A DNA stretch of 64,000 nucleotides from Scenedesmus sp. PABB004 (taxonomy: Eukaryota). Shown piece after piece: positions 62,153 through 64,000 of this stretch. A model generated the notes under the pieces. The model worked only from the letters and a program-made list of their open reading frames with translations, made no database searches and was not told the DNA's origin. The position numbers and the translations under genes were made by a program. The first letter of the stretch is position 1. Each line of letters starts with the position of its first letter. The DNA lies in contig CM026547.1 of the NCBI GenBank assembly GCA_014905635.1, forward strand, positions 1,798,001-1,862,000, read 5' to 3'.

Positions 62153-64000
62153 TCAGTTGACGCGCACGACGGGCAGCTGCAGGAACGGCGCCAGCGCGGG
62201 CTCGGGCGCGACCGCGCAGAGCGCGTCGCGGTCGGCGAGCAGCGGGCAGGCGCCCTCAACCAGGCCCGCGAGGCGCGCGTGGCCGCCAGCAAACTCCTGC
62301 AGCCAGGCGCGCGAGATCGCGGGACACGCGCCGACCGAGAGCACCGCGAGGTTGGCCAGCGGCGCGAGCAGCGCGAGCCCGCCGCGCGTGAGTGAGTAGC
62401 CGCTGCGCAGCGAGAGCTGCTGCAGCGCGGTCTGGCTGCCGCTGATGTGGCGCATCACCGCGTCGGTCACAGAGTCAATGCCCTGTGGAGGGGAGGGGCG
62501 GGCGAGGCGAGGGCGGGGTGGGAGGGGCGAGCGGGGCGAGCGAGGAGCGCGGGGCGTCCGGCGGCAGCGGCAGCGGCAGGGGGGGGGGGGGGGGGCAGGC
62601 GGCAGCGGGCGCGGGGCAGGGCGCGCTGCCGCCGCCGCGCCGCCTCGCCGCGCGCGCCGCGCCGGCGCGCCTGCACGTGCAGCGAGCGCAGGCGCAGCAG
62701 CGGGAAGAGCAGGGCGAGGCCCTTGTTGGCGAAGCCGCCGCCAAAGGAGAGGTGCTCGAGCTTCTGCAGGCCGCGCGGGTTGGCGCGCGGGCGCACGAGG
62801 TTGAAGCTGCCCGCCGAGAGCACGCGCAGCTCGGGGCAGGCCGCGACCGCGGCGAGGCCCTCGTCGTCCAGCTCCCACTTGCTGCCCAGGTCGAGCGCCG
62901 ACAGGCGCGGCAGCGCCGCGAGCGCCGACAGGCCGGCGTTGGTCGCGAGCGTGCCCTTGAGGCTGAGCTGAGAGAGCGAGGGGATGGCCGCCAGCGCGAC
63001 GAGCGCCTCGTCGGTCACGCACCTGCGCGGCCGCACGGCGGGGCGCGCGCGCGGGCGGCGGGGTCGGGCGGGTCGGCCGGTGCGCGCCGGGCCGCCGCAG
63101 GCACCGCCGCCGCAGGCCCCCTGCCGCAGCACGCGCGGCGCCACGCGGCTGCGCCGCGCCGCACCGGCAGCCGGTGAGGTTGAGCGTGCGGAGGTTGGTC
63201 AGCCCCGCGAGCGCGGCGAGGCCGCGCGGGCCCACGTCGGTGTGGGAGAGGTCGAGGCTCTCCAGGCCCGCCAGCGCCGCGAGCGTGGGGAACGCGGCGT
63301 CGCTGACCCAGCGGCAGCGGCTGAGGCCGAGCACCCTGAGGCTGCGCGCGAGGCCGACGAGGCCGCACAGCCCCAGGTCGTCGACGGTGATGATGTCGCT
63401 GTCGGGGTCGCCCAGGTCGAGCTCCTGCGAGCAGCGCGGTTGGAGACGAAGCAGGCGGCGGCGCGGGCGGGCGAGAGCAGGCGCGGTGGGAGCGGGTGGA
63501 AGGGCAGAGGGGGGAGGGGGGCAGGCGGGGCAGGCGGGGGGGCGTGTGCGGAGGGCGCGGCGCGCGGCGCGGTCCGCGGCCGCCCGCACCTCGAGGCAGG
63601 GGAACGCCGCGATGCCGCGGAGGGAGCCGTGGTCGGTCCAGCGCGAGGGCGCGAGCTTGCGCAGCTTGGGGCACGCGGCCGCGAGCCAGCCGAGCAGGCG
63701 CGCGGTGACGTGGTGGCACTCCTTGAGGTCCACCTCGGCCAGCGCGGCGAGCCAGGCGGGCGAGGCGGACAGGAAGGCCATGAGCCGCTCGTCGGTGACC
63801 GGCTCGTCGTCGCTGTCAAACGCCTTGAGCGCGCGCGCGGCGGGGAACGGCGCGCCGAGCGTCGCGCCGTCCGGCGCGGCCGCGAGCGCGGCGCCGGGCA
63901 CCGACACGGTGCGCACGCTCTGGTTGGTCTGCTGGCGCTGCCGCGGCGACGTCAGCCTGCGCGCGCGACGCGGCGCCCGGGCGCGGGCGGGCGTGGGCGC
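62153..64000 (-). CDS. RNI-like leucine-rich-repeat protein (FBXL-type); 5' end lies beyond the window
   Basis: Repeats LRVLGLSRCRWVSDAA, LESLDLSHTDVGPRG, LRTLNLTGC, LSQLSLKGT and LSALDLGSKWELDDEG. Confidence 0.82.
   Translation of the reverse strand, partial: APTPARARAPRRARRLTSPRQRQQTNQSVRTVSVPGAALAAAPDGATLGAPFPAARALKAFDSDDEPVTDERLMAFLSASPAWLAALAEVDLKECHHVTARLLGWLAAACPKLRKLAPSRWTDHGSLRGIAAFPCLEVRAAADRAARRALRTRPPACPACPPPPSALPPAPTAPALARPRRRLLRLQPRCSQELDLGDPDSDIITVDDLGLCGLVGLARSLRVLGLSRCRWVSDAAFPTLAALAGLESLDLSHTDVGPRGLAALAGLTNLRTLNLTGCRCGAAQPRGAARAAAGGLRRRCLRRPGAHRPTRPTPPPARAPRRAAAQVRDRRGARRAGGHPLALSAQPQGHARDQRRPVGARGAAAPVGARPGQQVGAGRRGPRRGRGLPRAARALGGQLQPRAPARQPARPAEARAPLLWRRLRQQGPRPALPAAAPALAARAGAPARRARRGGAAAAARPAPRPLPPAPPPPPCRCRCRRTPRAPRSPRSPLPPRPRLARPSPPQGIDSVTDAVMRHISGSQTALQQLSLRSGYSLTRGGLALLAPLANLAVLSVGACPAISRAWLQEFAGGHARLAGLVEGACPLLADRDALCAVAPEPALAPFLQLPVVRVN

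Overview
This is a very GC-rich (roughly 75-80% by eye), gene-dense and intron-rich eukaryotic nuclear sequence. Gene content, TGTAA-type poly(A) signals and intron style indicate a chlorophyte green alga, by inference a GC-rich Sphaeropleales such as Scenedesmus or Raphidocelis. Most long ORFs in the supplied track are GC artefacts, so I rebuilt about 25 spliced genes by hand. In order: threonine dehydratase, CBA1-like B12-binding protein, SNIP1/DDL, ATG5, F-box/LRR, ML-domain protein, FAD monooxygenase, C2H2 zinc finger, IDM1-like PHD-GNAT, a small acidic protein, SAND protein, mitochondrial uL1, a divergent porphobilinogen deaminase, Wali7/TSJT1-like, hinderin-like, MED25, iPGAM, CFAP20, SirB1-like, ferritin, mTERF-like, SCI1-like, ATAT1, PHD-ARID-Agenet and an LRR protein. 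Five observations stand out. (1) At least 13 introns start with AG|GCGCG (GC-AG), over a tenth of the roughly 100 introns. (2) A ~335-bp near-identical inverted repeat forms the divergent-promoter region of two different gene pairs and brackets a 4.5-kb two-gene segment. (3) A 5.2-kb region has an A...B-A-B split-direct-repeat layout and contains a 203-bp tandem array of complete intron+exon units. (4) The hemC paralog lacks the cofactor-binding cysteine. (5) A ~440-nt candidate structured RNA lies between two convergent genes. All gene models are manual, with no RNA-seq or database searches, and family assignments come from remembered motifs.
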